From the NCBI GenBank assembly GCA_002327685.1, contig DCXN01000003.1:6981-70980 (forward strand): DNA of 64,000 nucleotides. The letters are read 5' to 3'. This DNA is from Patescibacteria group bacterium UBA2135 (lineage in GTDB: Bacteria > Patescibacteriota > Minisyncoccia > Phycocordibacterales > UBA2135). The notes under the pieces are model-generated. The model ran no database searches and was not told where the DNA came from. It worked only from the letters and a program-made list of their open reading frames with translations. Below are positions 27,073 through 37,635 of this stretch, piece after piece. Made by a program: the position numbers and the translations under genes. Every line of letters begins with the position of its first letter. Positions within the stretch are counted from its first letter, which is position 1.

Positions 27073-29355
27073 ATGACAAGAAAATACAAAAAAAGACGCG
27101 GGAAATCTTCTTTCCTGCCCGCATTAAAAGAAGAGACGCGGCGCTTCATATTCTCAATCCTCTCGTTTGTTATCGCGATCTTTTTTCTGCTTGCATACGC
27201 TAATCAAGCTGGAATTGTAGGAGAATCAATACGAAACATATTCAACAAATTCTTCGGTGTCGGATATTTCCTCTTTCCCGCCTTTCTCGTAGGAGCTGGT
27301 ATAGTATTTCTTTCAATAAAACGCACACATATTGCCGCGGCAACTTTTTTAGGCGGTCTTTTATTTCTCACATCCGGCCTTGCGCTAATCAGCACATTCA
27401 ATAGTGAGGCTGGAGGCATTGTGGGAGCGATACTCTCTTCTCCTTTTGTCGCACTCTTTGATACATTTGCCACAAAAGTGATCCTTATCGCTTTACTATT
27501 CGTCTCGTTACTAATCTTATTTGACGCAACCCCTACAAAGATTATTTCCTCTCTCTCCGAGCTGGCAAACTGGTTAAAAAATTTGGTGAGCAGAAAACAG
27601 GAATCACTAGATTCTGATGAATACGAGGAAGATGAAGACGGTGAAGAGGGTGAATATGATGATGAGGAGTATGATGAAGAAGACGAGATAGAGGCACAAG
27701 ACGAATCGGAAGGAGAGACTACGCACAAAGAAGACGCCGAGAAACGTACTGCGCCTTTTGCGCAAACACTATCGCAAACCAAAGAAAACATTCTTTCATT
27801 CGTACAGGCTACCTCAAAAGAGTACACTCCTCCCCCACTATCGCTTTTTGAAACAGACAAAGGCAAACCTGATGTTGGAGACATAAAAGCAAATGCGAAT
27901 ATTATCAAAAGAACGCTTCAACATTTTGGTATAAATGTTGAAATGGACGAGGTGTCTATCGGTCCATCAATTACACGTTACGCGTTAAAACCGGCACAAG
28001 GAGTAAAACTTTCCCGCATTATAGGACTTCAAAACGATCTATCGCTCGCGCTTGCGGCACACCCTCTTCGCATTGAAGCACCAATACCTGGAAGATCTTT
28101 AGTCGGTATTGAAATACCAAATAATAAAAAAACTATCGTTGGTCTTGGTTCACTTCTAAAATCGCCTGAAATAAAGAAAACATCTGCTCCACTTGCGTTT
28201 CCTATCGGACGCAGTATTACAGGAAATCCAATTGTCGGAAACTTAAACAAAATGCCGCACCTGCTAATCGCCGGAGCAACTGGTGCGGGAAAATCGGTTT
28301 CCCTGCACACGATTATTACATCGTTACTCCACCGTAATGCACCTACAAACCTTAGGATTATCATGGTAGACCCTAAGCGAGTAGAATTGACACTCTATAA
28401 CAATATCCCACATCTTCTGACACCAGTCATCACCGATCCTAAAAAGGCAATTTTAGCACTCAAGTGGGCCGGCAAAGAAATGGATCGCCGATATGATGTT
28501 TTAGAAGCAGAATCAGTACGCGATATCGCTTCATATCATAAAAATGTTGTTGAACCTGCTTATGCAGAACAAGCGCAGAACAAGCGCGGAACAAGCGCGG
28601 CGGAACAAGAACAAGAACAGGAAGTAAATCCACTACCAGAAACAATGCCGTATATTGTTGTCATCATTGATGAGCTAGCGGATATTATGAATCTATATCC
28701 ACGAGAACTTGAGTCAGCAATTGTACGCATTGCGCAGATGGCGCGCGCTGTAGGTATTCATCTCATTCTCTCAACACAACGACCACAGGTAAACATCATC
28801 ACCGGACTAATTAAGGCAAACATTCCAACACGCATCGCGCTTCAAGTCGCTTCACAAACCGACTCAAGAACAATTCTTGACATGGGTGGTGCCGAGAAAC
28901 TCTTAGGTTCCGGTGACCTACTCTATCTTTCAAGTGAGATGTCAAAACCGGTACGTCTGCAATCTGCCTATATCGGAGAATCAGAAATAAAGAAGATAAC
29001 TAAATTTCTCGCAAAGCAAAACAAAGACGGTAAATTTGATGTTGACGTACACATTAACTCTCCCAAGAAAGACGTATTATTTGAAGCAAACCTTGAAGAA
29101 AATCTGGAGGACAAAGAAGGCACCGAGGAAGATGAATTGTATGAAGATGCCCGGGAAATCGTCATTCAAAGCAAAAAAGCATCAACAACGTACCTTCAAC
29201 GAAAATTAAGAATTGGATACGCTCGCGCGGCGAGCATCATGGACATGCTTGAAGAGCGCGATGTTGTAGGGCCCGCGGAAGGATCCAAGCAAAGAGAGGT
29301 ATTAATATCCGCTGGTGAGGAGACAGATTATGATGATGAAAACGAAAGTATTTAG
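27073..29355 (+). CDS. ftsK: DNA translocase FtsK/SpoIIIE
   Basis: 4-TM N-terminus, PHLLIAGATGAGKS, IIDELAD, gamma domain LQRKLRIGYARAA. Confidence 0.97.
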   Translation: MTRKYKKRRGKSSFLPALKEETRRFIFSILSFVIAIFFLLAYANQAGIVGESIRNIFNKFFGVGYFLFPAFLVGAGIVFLSIKRTHIAAATFLGGLLFLTSGLALISTFNSEAGGIVGAILSSPFVALFDTFATKVILIALLFVSLLILFDATPTKIISSLSELANWLKNLVSRKQESLDSDEYEEDEDGEEGEYDDEEYDEEDEIEAQDESEGETTHKEDAEKRTAPFAQTLSQTKENILSFVQATSKEYTPPPLSLFETDKGKPDVGDIKANANIIKRTLQHFGINVEMDEVSIGPSITRYALKPAQGVKLSRIIGLQNDLSLALAAHPLRIEAPIPGRSLVGIEIPNNKKTIVGLGSLLKSPEIKKTSAPLAFPIGRSITGNPIVGNLNKMPHLLIAGATGAGKSVSLHTIITSLLHRNAPTNLRIIMVDPKRVELTLYNNIPHLLTPVITDPKKAILALKWAGKEMDRRYDVLEAESVRDIASYHKNVVEPAYAEQAQNKRGTSAAEQEQEQEVNPLPETMPYIVVIIDELADIMNLYPRELESAIVRIAQMARAVGIHLILSTQRPQVNIITGLIKANIPTRIALQVASQTDSRTILDMGGAEKLLGSGDLLYLSSEMSKPVRLQSAYIGESEIKKITKFLAKQNKDGKFDVDVHINSPKKDVLFEANLEENLEDKEGTEEDELYEDAREIVIQSKKASTTYLQRKLRIGYARAASIMDMLEERDVVGPAEGSKQREVLISAGEETDYDDENESI

Positions 29356-29428
29356 TATCTGGTATTTAGTATTTAGTATACGATTAAATTTTTTTATACT
29401 AGATACTAGATACTAAATACTTGATACC
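29341..29428. repeat. Inverted heptamer array (AGTATTT/TAGATAC)
   Basis: Related copy in reverse orientation at 33777-33878. Confidence 0.85.
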
Positions 29429-29429
29429 C

Positions 29430-29786
29430 ATGAAATTCAAATCAGGCATCAAAATTGCCCTCGGAGCAATTGTCATCACAACTATACTCGGATATGCTTA
29501 TTCAAAGACTGAATCATTTCTGCGCGGACCAACTATAGACGTTACTACCCCGCAAAGTGGGTCCAGCGTACATCAACAAATTACTGTTATAGAAGGAACA
29601 ATTGAACGCGCGGCGCATATTACGTTAAATGGACGGCAAATTTACACAGACGAAGCAGGCGTATTAAAAGAAGAGGTGTTGCTCGCGGAAGGATACAATG
29701 TTCTTGAACTTTCTGCGAGAGATAGGTTTGGAAGAGAGACGAGGGAGATTATAGAGATAGTGTACAATCAGAGTCTCCAATTTTGA
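29430..29786 (+). CDS. Small membrane-anchored Ig-like protein
   Basis: N-terminal TM; ITLNG...L.EG.N.L...ARDRFG. Confidence 0.75.
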   Translation: MKFKSGIKIALGAIVITTILGYAYSKTESFLRGPTIDVTTPQSGSSVHQQITVIEGTIERAAHITLNGRQIYTDEAGVLKEEVLLAEGYNVLELSARDRFGRETREIIEIVYNQSLQF

Positions 29787-29925
29787 ATTTTTAATTTCGA
29801 ATTTCGAATAAATTTTAAATGAATGAATGTTTCAAAATTAGTACATTCGAATTTGATTCAAAATTCAAAATTAGAAATTCGAAATTAAATGTTAGAGTAA
29901 TTATATTAATTTATATCCCATATTT

Positions 29926-30930
29926 ATGACAAATAAAAAACAGACAAAACCCAAAAAGGAGACAAACACCGGTCTTGAAAACACCATTGAATCAATTAAA
30001 ACAAAGTTCGGCGAAGGCGCTATTATGAAACTTGGCGACAGGCCAAAGGTTAACATTGATGCAATTCCAACCGGTTCAATTGGACTTGACGCAGCACTTG
30101 GTATTGGAGGACTCCCGCGCGGACGCATTGTTGAAATCTACGGCCCAGAATCTTCCGGAAAAACCACGTTGGCACTCCACGTAGTCGCAGAAGCACAAAA
30201 AAAGGGCGGCGTATGTGCATTTGTTGACGCAGAACACGCCATGGATCCTGAATATTCAAAAAAGCTAGGAGTAGAAACAAAAGAATTACTCATTTCACAG
30301 CCGGATACCGGCGAACAAGCGCTTGAAATCACAGAAAGTCTCGTTCGCTCTGGAAAAATTGACGTAATTGTCGTTGACTCTGTCGCAGCGCTCACTCCTA
30401 GAGATGAGATTGAAGGCGAAATGGGAGCGCACCATGTAGGAAAACAAGCACGATTGATGTCACAAGCGCTTCGGAAATTAACTGCAATTGTCGCGAGAAG
30501 CAAGACCGTCGTTATTTTTATAAATCAAATTCGCATGCAAATAGGCGTGATGTTCGGAAATCCAGAAACTACTCCGGGAGGTAAGGCGCTTAAATTTTAC
30601 ACTTCAGTCCGTATTGATATCAGGAGAATCGCACAGATTAAAAAAGGAGATGATGTGATCGGCTCGCGAACACGAGCAAAAGTTGTTAAGAACAAAGTTG
30701 CCGCCCCATTCAGAAAAGCAGAGTTTGACCTAATCCACAATGAGGGAATCTCTCGCGAGGGAGAAATACTTGTCATCGGAGAAAATATAGGAATTATTTC
30801 AAAGTCCGGAGCATCATACAGTTTCGCAAAAGAAAAATTAGGCAGAGGATACGACGCAGCACGCATCACCCTCAAAGAAAACACCAAACTACGAAACGAA
30901 CTCCTAAAAGAAATTAAGGGACAATTGTAA
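29926..30930 (+). CDS. recA: Recombinase A
   Basis: [35 protein letters not shown]. Confidence 0.99.
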   Translation: MTNKKQTKPKKETNTGLENTIESIKTKFGEGAIMKLGDRPKVNIDAIPTGSIGLDAALGIGGLPRGRIVEIYGPESSGKTTLALHVVAEAQKKGGVCAFVDAEHAMDPEYSKKLGVETKELLISQPDTGEQALEITESLVRSGKIDVIVVDSVAALTPRDEIEGEMGAHHVGKQARLMSQALRKLTAIVARSKTVVIFINQIRMQIGVMFGNPETTPGGKALKFYTSVRIDIRRIAQIKKGDDVIGSRTRAKVVKNKVAAPFRKAEFDLIHNEGISREGEILVIGENIGIISKSGASYSFAKEKLGRGYDAARITLKENTKLRNELLKEIKGQL

Positions 30931-30945
30931 ACTAAATCATGTAGC

Positions 30946-31067
30946 CAGGTCTAGCCTTGAGGAAAAAACTGTACGGCCAGGTCTGACCTTGAGGAGGAGC
31001 GGAGCAACGGGAGAAGGTCGGACCTTGCGGTATAGTTTTCGGAAGAAGACCAGACCTTACGGACCTT
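30946..31067. repeat. REP-like family B cluster
   Basis: CAGGTCTGACCTT-GAGGAGGAGCGGAGCAACGGG-AGAAGGTCGGACCTTGCGG. Confidence 0.8.
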
Positions 31068-31230
31068 GTCGGAATAAAACGATAACAATTACTATCACAA
31101 TAACAACGTTATGGTTATAGTTATTAGTTACGGTTATAATTATTGTTTCTCACAAAAACCCATTTTCCTCTTGCTACGCCGCTACCAAAAACTCTCCGAC
31201 TTTCATCGATGAGTTTTCAATTTACAAGCT

Positions 31231-33078
31231 CTAATCCCCTATTGAAAGATTAGGATATTTGGTACGCAGGTCATCTCTTTCCGACAAAATGAGACCACTA
31301 AGATGAACGTTGCCGTCTACACGTTTTGGTAATTTAAGACCTTCGGATGATGTTAAGCCACTAAGATGAAGATTGCCGCTTACATTTTCGGGCAACTTAA
31401 GACCTTCAGATGATATTAAGCCATCAAGATTAAGACCACCGTCCATATGCTCGGGAAAATTGAGGTCTTTAGCTGACGTTAATCTTTCGAGATTAAGGCC
31501 GTCGCCTATATATTCGGGAAGATTGAGGCCTTTGATTGAGGTTAATCTGTTGAGAACCAGATGCCCACCTACATATCCGGGTAGCTTAAGACCTTCGACT
31601 GATGTTAATCTGAAGAAGTCAAGGTTGCCACCTACACGATTAGGTAATTTGAGCCCTTCGAACGAGGTTAAGTTATTGAGATAAAGGTTGCCACCTATAT
31701 ATTCAGGTAATTCAAGACCTTTAGTTGACGTTACGTCTTTGAGGTCTAAATGACCAAGGTGAAAAAGTATGCCACCTTGTAGAGCTTCTTCTTTGGTTAT
31801 ACTTACCTTATCTTTTGGCACATCAAATGCGAAAGATAAATCTTCTTTAACGTCTCTTTGATTTTGTATCTCTTTAATACGCGAGTCTCGTTGATGACCG
31901 AATCCTTCAATCTTAGAATCAATTTCGTAAAGAAATTTTATGTCGTCTTTTGAAAGTTCTTCGCCAGCCCGCCCTGAGTCTTGTCGAAGGGTTTTTCTCT
32001 CAATCTCGGTAAGCCGCTTCATGTCAGAAGTCTTCTTTTTGTATTGCTCTCCGTCAGGGAATTCCTGGAGTTTTTCTTCCACCACAGGAGCAATGTTTGA
32101 ATCAAGGTTTTGCTGTTCAGCTATGCCACGGACTTCTGCGATTTTGCCTTGTTGCATACGAATAGCAGCTCTCGGAATTATTGGTTTCCCATCTTCGTCG
32201 TATGAATAATATACATAAAAGTCACCTCCTTTAAGTTGTGTTTCCGCGGTTGACTCTCCCGCGGTACACCATCCTGTACCATGTCCTTGGAGAGAATGTA
32301 CCAATGGCATATGGTCTGAATTTCTGTCATATTTTATCCATTTTCCTTCTGTTCCGATTAGTTGTTCTTTTGACGCAGGTGTAATGCTTTCTATCGCGAA
32401 AGCATAGAGTTTGGAGAAGTTTTCGCCCTGGAGGAGTTCGTTAAATTTTTTCTGCTTTTCTTCATCAAACAAATACACGTCTAAATCTTCTCCCTTTGCT
32501 TTCTCTTCTATAGAATCAAGGACATAAGCCAAAGCTTCTCTGTTTAAGTCTGGGAATGGTTTTACAGTACCTTTTGTTCGCTTGGTGAATGATTTTTTCT
32601 CTTTGTCGTATTCACCCATTCCAAGCATACTTCGAAATGCGTAGTACTTTAACCAATCGGGGTATGTGGCATCTTTTGATGACAGATAGTCAGTCCATAC
32701 ATCCATGGAGCTTTTTTGGTCTGTGATGATAACTTCTGTCGCCTGCTCGCGAAGTTCTCCGCTAATCTCTACATCGCCGTGTCCTTGTTCACGCGCTATT
32801 CTCTGTTGAGCATCAAAATAGCTTTCGGATATTTCATCTTCCTTTATGACAAACTTGTCATAAAGCACCTTTTTCAGAGCTCGCATGCCGCGTTCGCGTT
32901 TTTCGGGATCTTCACGTTCAATAATCTCCTTAAAGCGATTAAGGTAGTTTTGTATCTGCTCTGTTGGTTTTTGTGGCACACGCTCACCCGTGATGGTTTC
33001 CGCACGCCTTGTAGCAGATTTCACCTCCGGTTTATTATGTAAATCGTATTTTTTCTTTAGAAATTCAGGATTTTCCAT
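31231..33078 (-). CDS. Hypothetical protein with GTGWCTAG motif and C-terminal 22-aa Leu-rich repeats
   Basis: About 7 repeats of LTS.EGLKLP..VGG.L.L. Confidence 0.85.
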   Translation of the reverse strand: MENPEFLKKKYDLHNKPEVKSATRRAETITGERVPQKPTEQIQNYLNRFKEIIEREDPEKRERGMRALKKVLYDKFVIKEDEISESYFDAQQRIAREQGHGDVEISGELREQATEVIITDQKSSMDVWTDYLSSKDATYPDWLKYYAFRSMLGMGEYDKEKKSFTKRTKGTVKPFPDLNREALAYVLDSIEEKAKGEDLDVYLFDEEKQKKFNELLQGENFSKLYAFAIESITPASKEQLIGTEGKWIKYDRNSDHMPLVHSLQGHGTGWCTAGESTAETQLKGGDFYVYYSYDEDGKPIIPRAAIRMQQGKIAEVRGIAEQQNLDSNIAPVVEEKLQEFPDGEQYKKKTSDMKRLTEIERKTLRQDSGRAGEELSKDDIKFLYEIDSKIEGFGHQRDSRIKEIQNQRDVKEDLSFAFDVPKDKVSITKEEALQGGILFHLGHLDLKDVTSTKGLELPEYIGGNLYLNNLTSFEGLKLPNRVGGNLDFFRLTSVEGLKLPGYVGGHLVLNRLTSIKGLNLPEYIGDGLNLERLTSAKDLNFPEHMDGGLNLDGLISSEGLKLPENVSGNLHLSGLTSSEGLKLPKRVDGNVHLSGLILSERDDLRTKYPNLSIGD

Positions 33079-33429
33079 GTGTTTAGGTTATCATAGTTTC
33101 GTTATGTGTTAAACATTCCAACATTCTGCAGAATGTTGGAATGTTAATGATATGCGAAAAAATCAAAACATATCCTTGATTATACGCTAATCTACATATC
33201 CCATCACTATACGATCGTGAGATAATAGGATATGTGTAGGATGGGCAAAAGAAACTATTGAAGTCCGACTTCAACAATAAGCAATCTAAAATCTAAAGCA
33301 CCTCTACCAAAACAGCCCCGCCATTCGGCGAGGATGTTTTGGTGTTTTTATTTCCACTAACTACCTTTGAGTTATTTAAATCTCTTATCAGCGTTAGTTC
33401 AGCGTTGCTATCAGCGTAATTTCAGCGAT

Positions 33430-33765
33430 CTACACAGGCATAAATGCTTCGGTTGTAATTTTTCGTCTCTGAATAATATCTCGTGCTAGAAGCGCAGTAA
33501 ATGCGATCATACCGAGTACAAGTATTTGCGTCATTACTTCAGTATTCAAAACCGCAGACTCAAGAAATGTAAAACTTCCCGTAAGTCCCCCGTCAAGATT
33601 CCAATTAGCAATGACATGTTTAATTGAAACATATGAAGTAATCTGCCATCCCAAGAGAACAATCAACACAGCTTTTATTGAAAGTGGATTAAATACATGC
33701 CTTAGAAACCACAGAAGATATATTCTCCGCATAATATATGCTTTGTTTTGTTCAGGTGTTTTCAT
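33430..33765 (-). CDS. Small membrane protein (possible anti-sigma factor)
   Basis: 2 TM; directly downstream of the ECF sigma gene. Confidence 0.65.
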   Translation of the reverse strand: MKTPEQNKAYIMRRIYLLWFLRHVFNPLSIKAVLIVLLGWQITSYVSIKHVIANWNLDGGLTGSFTFLESAVLNTEVMTQILVLGMIAFTALLARDIIQRRKITTEAFMPV

Positions 33766-33876
33766 TTTTAAATCAAAGTATCTCGTATCTAGTATCTCGT
33801 ATTTTGTATAAAAACTAAAAAAAATTAACCGTATATACCATACTAAATACTAAATACCAGATACTAAATACTTTCG

Positions 33877-34434
33877 TTAATTGTTAATTTTACTATTTAC
33901 TTTTTTAAACTCTCGCTTTGCGCGATAAATGCGTGTTTTTACCGCAGATATGGAAATGCCTTCAAGTGCGGCAATTTCTTTCTGTGGCATGCCATCAAGA
34001 AAATGAAGTTTTAACGCCCTACCCAACTGTTTAGGCATTCTCGTCAAAACAGAAGCTACAAAATCATATGTTTCAACATCCTCTACTTTGTCGGGAAATG
34101 CTTCATATACTTCCTTTTCAACCCGTAATAACGCGCCATCACTTTTCTTTAACTTCTGATAGTGTGAAAAGGTTGTGTTCAATAGTATTTTATATCCCCA
34201 TGATTTGAATGAAGCGCCCTGCTGAATTTTAAACCGGCCCGCATTTACATAAATTTTTACAAATGTTTCTTGCACAATATCATCAACTTCTTCCCGAGGA
34301 CCCAATATCCCACGCACCTTATTAAGAAACGGTGTTTGATAACGTTCAATCAACACCTCAAATACTGCCGGTTTTTTTACCGACAGAAAAAGAATCTCCT
34401 CATCACTTTTATCATGAAGTTCTTCGTGTTTCAT
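33877..34434 (-). CDS. ECF RNA polymerase sigma factor
   Basis: DIVQETFVK, FKSW.YKI, EIA...S.VKTRIYRA. Confidence 0.92.
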   Translation of the reverse strand: MKHEELHDKSDEEILFLSVKKPAVFEVLIERYQTPFLNKVRGILGPREEVDDIVQETFVKIYVNAGRFKIQQGASFKSWGYKILLNTTFSHYQKLKKSDGALLRVEKEVYEAFPDKVEDVETYDFVASVLTRMPKQLGRALKLHFLDGMPQKEIAALEGISISAVKTRIYRAKREFKKVNSKINN

Positions 34435-34534
34435 ACCTTTAATACCTACAACATACAACTAACAACCTACAACTTAAAACCGATTGTGTTGATTGCTAGT
34501 CACCAGTTGTTAGTTGTTAGTTGTATGTTGTTGG

Positions 34535-34723
34535 TTATTTTGAGACATACGGCAAAAAACCCATAAAACGAGCTCGTTTCACCGCTTCAGAAATTTTTCT
34601 CTGATTGCGAGCGCTCACTTTTGTATATTTCTTTGAGACAATGCGAGCATGCAAATTAATATACTTTTTCAGCGTCTCAGTGTCCTTATAGTCTATATAT
34701 TTTAAGTTTGTGGCGTTATTCAT
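34535..34723 (-). CDS. rpsR: 30S ribosomal protein S18
   Basis: IDYKD...QRK...AVKRAR..G.LPY; start at MNNAT. Confidence 0.95.
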   Translation of the reverse strand: MNNATNLKYIDYKDTETLKKYINLHARIVSKKYTKVSARNQRKISEAVKRARFMGFLPYVSK

Positions 34724-35489
34724 GTTCCTTCGCTCCACTCAGTCAAATTAAAAATGTAAAGCTCAAAACGAAAAATGACGGAGTAAAATGTAAAAATTAG
34801 AAAAATTTTAAAATTGTGGTATTTTGAATTTTAAATTGTAGTTTTGATTTTTGATTCTTGCACTTTGAGTTTACTAGAACGGTATATCCCCTGGTTTAAT
34901 ATCTTCTTCCGGATATTCAATCGTGTCAAGCTCTTCTTTTTTTTCACCAACTGACTGCGTCTGTCCGGCGGAATCTTTTTGCGAAGACTGGGTCGGTGCC
35001 ATACCACCACCTCCCCCACTTGACCTTGGACCAAATTGCACGCGATCTGCCACAATTTCGGTACGATATTTCTTTTCCCCATCCTGTCCATCCCAACTTC
35101 TGTTTTGTATTCGTCCTTCAATTAAAGCAGAGCTTCCTTTGCGCAAATACTGTGAAACAGTTTCAGCTTGCCGTCCAAATACAACTACATTATGAAAATC
35201 AACACTTTCTTGCTGTTTACCGTCTTTGTCTTTCCAGACACGATTAGTTGCAATAGAAAAATTGGTAACAGGTGTACCTGATGGAAGTGATTTCAATTCA
35301 GGATCACGCGTAAGATTTCCAAATATGAATGCTTTGTTTAGATACATGTTCCTTCGCTCCACTCAGTCAAATTAAAAATAAAAAACTCAAAACTAAAAAT
35401 GACAGAGTAAAGTGTAAAAATTAGAAAAATTTTAAAATTGCGGTATTTTGAATTTTAAATTGTAGTTTTGATTTTTGCGCTTTACGTTT
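34721..35489 (-). repeat. Two ~145-bp near-identical spacers (34721-34873 and 35345-35489)
   Basis: Both end in ...GACTGAGTGGAGCGAAGGAAC-ATG on the minus strand. Confidence 0.9.
34874..35347 (-). CDS. ssb: Single-stranded DNA-binding protein
   Basis: GNLTRDPE...IEGRIQ.RSW...DIPF. Confidence 0.98.
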   Translation of the reverse strand: MYLNKAFIFGNLTRDPELKSLPSGTPVTNFSIATNRVWKDKDGKQQESVDFHNVVVFGRQAETVSQYLRKGSSALIEGRIQNRSWDGQDGEKKYRTEIVADRVQFGPRSSGGGGGMAPTQSSQKDSAGQTQSVGEKKEELDTIEYPEEDIKPGDIPF

Positions 35490-35996
35490 TTAGTTTCCTA
35501 CAAGTTCTTCAATCGTCTTATCAAGTTCTTCTTCCGAAAGCTGTTTTCCAGGCTTCTGCACCTTTTGCTCTTTTGTTATGCGGCCTGTTGGCTGTTTCGG
35601 TTTAAGAAACGTCATCTTCTTTACTGATGGCAGCTTCTCGCGAGCTATTTTCACTAAAATAAATCGCAATATATGTTTATTATGCTTTAATTCTTTGTCA
35701 AATTCAAGAAGATCTTTTGGAGACATCTGAAATTTAATCCAACCAAAAAGCGCGGTATCAAAATACTTTCGCTTTTGACCCATAATTTTAGACATAGAGT
35801 ACGCAAGAGACATAACTCTAGGCATCTGATCAGAGACCATAGCACCGCTATGTTTTTCAATACCGTCCTTAAGAACCCCCACTTCCTGTGGAATTTCTTC
35901 TTCAGAAAGTGTTGGCAATAGATGATAACCGAGCTCGTATAAGCGCGGTTCTTTGTCGTCTATATTCTCTTGTAATTCTATATCAACTTCTGTCAT
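35490..35996 (-). CDS. rpsF: 30S ribosomal protein S6
   Basis: YEL.Y.L.P...LAY...ILRF; position before ssb-rpsR. Confidence 0.9.
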   Translation of the reverse strand: MTEVDIELQENIDDKEPRLYELGYHLLPTLSEEEIPQEVGVLKDGIEKHSGAMVSDQMPRVMSLAYSMSKIMGQKRKYFDTALFGWIKFQMSPKDLLEFDKELKHNKHILRFILVKIAREKLPSVKKMTFLKPKQPTGRITKEQKVQKPGKQLSEEELDKTIEELVGN

Positions 35997-36087
35997 GTGA
36001 AAGAATGGTAACAGAAGGATTATTAAAAGTCAAAACCCGTTCTACGCGAGATCAAAAACGGCGGGCATAATGCCCGCCGTATATACG

Positions 36088-37491
36088 CTACTTTTTCATC
36101 TCAATAGCAACAAATCTAGGCCCAAATTCACTTTCAACGTACAACAACACATCCGTACGCCCAGCTGTACGCAGTTCATCAAGCACACGCAAAACATCAA
36201 CAACATCAGTGACACTCTGATTTTGAATCTTTGAGATGATATCTCCAAACTTCACGCCCTTTTGCTCAGCAGGACTACCTTTTTCAACTGCAATAACCAC
36301 TACACCCTGTTCATTAATATTATATACCTCACGCAATAACGGAGTAACAAGTGAAAGCGTAACACCTAATTGTGGAATTTTTTGCCCTTTAACAACCTGC
36401 GAATCTTCTTCTTTCTCAGAAGAATCGTCCTCAACCTTACCTATGGTAACAAAAACTTTCTTTTCTTCTGACTCGCGCCACACAGTGACAACGACTTTGC
36501 TGTTGGGTTGAATATTCGCAATCATATGAACCAACATGCGCTTTTCAGAAATTTTTTTCTCGCCCACAAAAAGAATTATATCACCCATCTTGATTCCTGC
36601 CTTGTGAGCTGGACCACCCTCAATCACATGTGTAACGATAACGCTAAACGCTTCTTTATTAAAGCCAAATGCCTTAGCTATTCCTAGAGTTATTGTCTGA
36701 AGATGAACACCAAGCCATCCTCGGCGTACTTCTCCATGTTGAATCAGTTGCTCAACAACAGATTGCGCTATTGAACTAGGGATCGCAAATCCGATACCGA
36801 TATTGACACCGGTTAGTGAAAAATGACCTGAGACAATACCAATGACTTTGCCAAAAATATTAAACATCGGGCCACCCGAATTCCCCTTATTAATGGCCGC
36901 ATCAGTTTGAATAAAACCAACGAAGGAACTGTTACTAAGTTTGCGACCGAGTGCCGAAATAATACCCCAGCTCATTGTGTCAACAAAATCAAGCGGACTG
37001 CCAATTACAATAATCAAATCTCCAACCCGAGCTGTATCAGAATTACCAAACCTCACAAACGGTAATTCTTTTTCTGAATTAATCTTCAAAACAGCAAGGT
37101 CTGTCATTGGATCATGTCCAACAAGTTTTGCATCAAATTCTGCACCATCTAGCAGAACAACAACAATTTCCAAAGCATCTCTAATGACATGAACGTTGGT
37201 CACCACATAGCCATCACTACTGATAATAAATCCTGAACCGGAACTTCTTTGTTTGTGTTTCGGAGCTTGCTTTGGTACAGGAAGATCAGGGACATCGGAA
37301 GGAACTTCGACCCGCTTCACTAAAACACGAACCACAGCAGGACGAACTTTTTCTGCCAAGTCAGCTAAATCAGTTAAGCCAACAGGGTTAACTAGCGTAT
37401 CTTTGGTATATATAAAACAAGCAAAAACAATTGCTAAAGAAAGACATACTGATACCAATACAGTAATTACAGGCACAAGATATCGTTTCAT
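36088..37491 (-). CDS. HtrA/DegP-like serine protease with two PDZ domains
   Basis: GSGFII, TNVHV, DLAVLK, QTDAAINKGNSGG. Confidence 0.93.
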   Translation of the reverse strand: MKRYLVPVITVLVSVCLSLAIVFACFIYTKDTLVNPVGLTDLADLAEKVRPAVVRVLVKRVEVPSDVPDLPVPKQAPKHKQRSSGSGFIISSDGYVVTNVHVIRDALEIVVVLLDGAEFDAKLVGHDPMTDLAVLKINSEKELPFVRFGNSDTARVGDLIIVIGSPLDFVDTMSWGIISALGRKLSNSSFVGFIQTDAAINKGNSGGPMFNIFGKVIGIVSGHFSLTGVNIGIGFAIPSSIAQSVVEQLIQHGEVRRGWLGVHLQTITLGIAKAFGFNKEAFSVIVTHVIEGGPAHKAGIKMGDIILFVGEKKISEKRMLVHMIANIQPNSKVVVTVWRESEEKKVFVTIGKVEDDSSEKEEDSQVVKGQKIPQLGVTLSLVTPLLREVYNINEQGVVVIAVEKGSPAEQKGVKFGDIISKIQNQSVTDVVDVLRVLDELRTAGRTDVLLYVESEFGPRFVAIEMKK

Positions 37492-37635
37492 TTGTTGCCC
37501 TTTCTACGTATACGACATATCTAATATTCATATTAAAGACAAGAAAGACGCTTGTCAAAAATTCTTGATTTTTCATACATCATCTGGTACTTTCAAGTCA
37601 GAAGACGAGAGAAATTAGACGACAGGAGACATCTC

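Noticed and set aside
33385-33428. (TCAGCG) repeats, and (TTCGCA) repeats near 21030-21072, as regulatory arrays
   Set aside because: Too short and irregular to assign; probably remnants of another repeat family.
34724-35362. Shared MERRN N-terminal peptide on S18 and SSB
   Set aside because: An artefact of GTG starts called inside the repeated spacer; the likely starts are the following ATGs.
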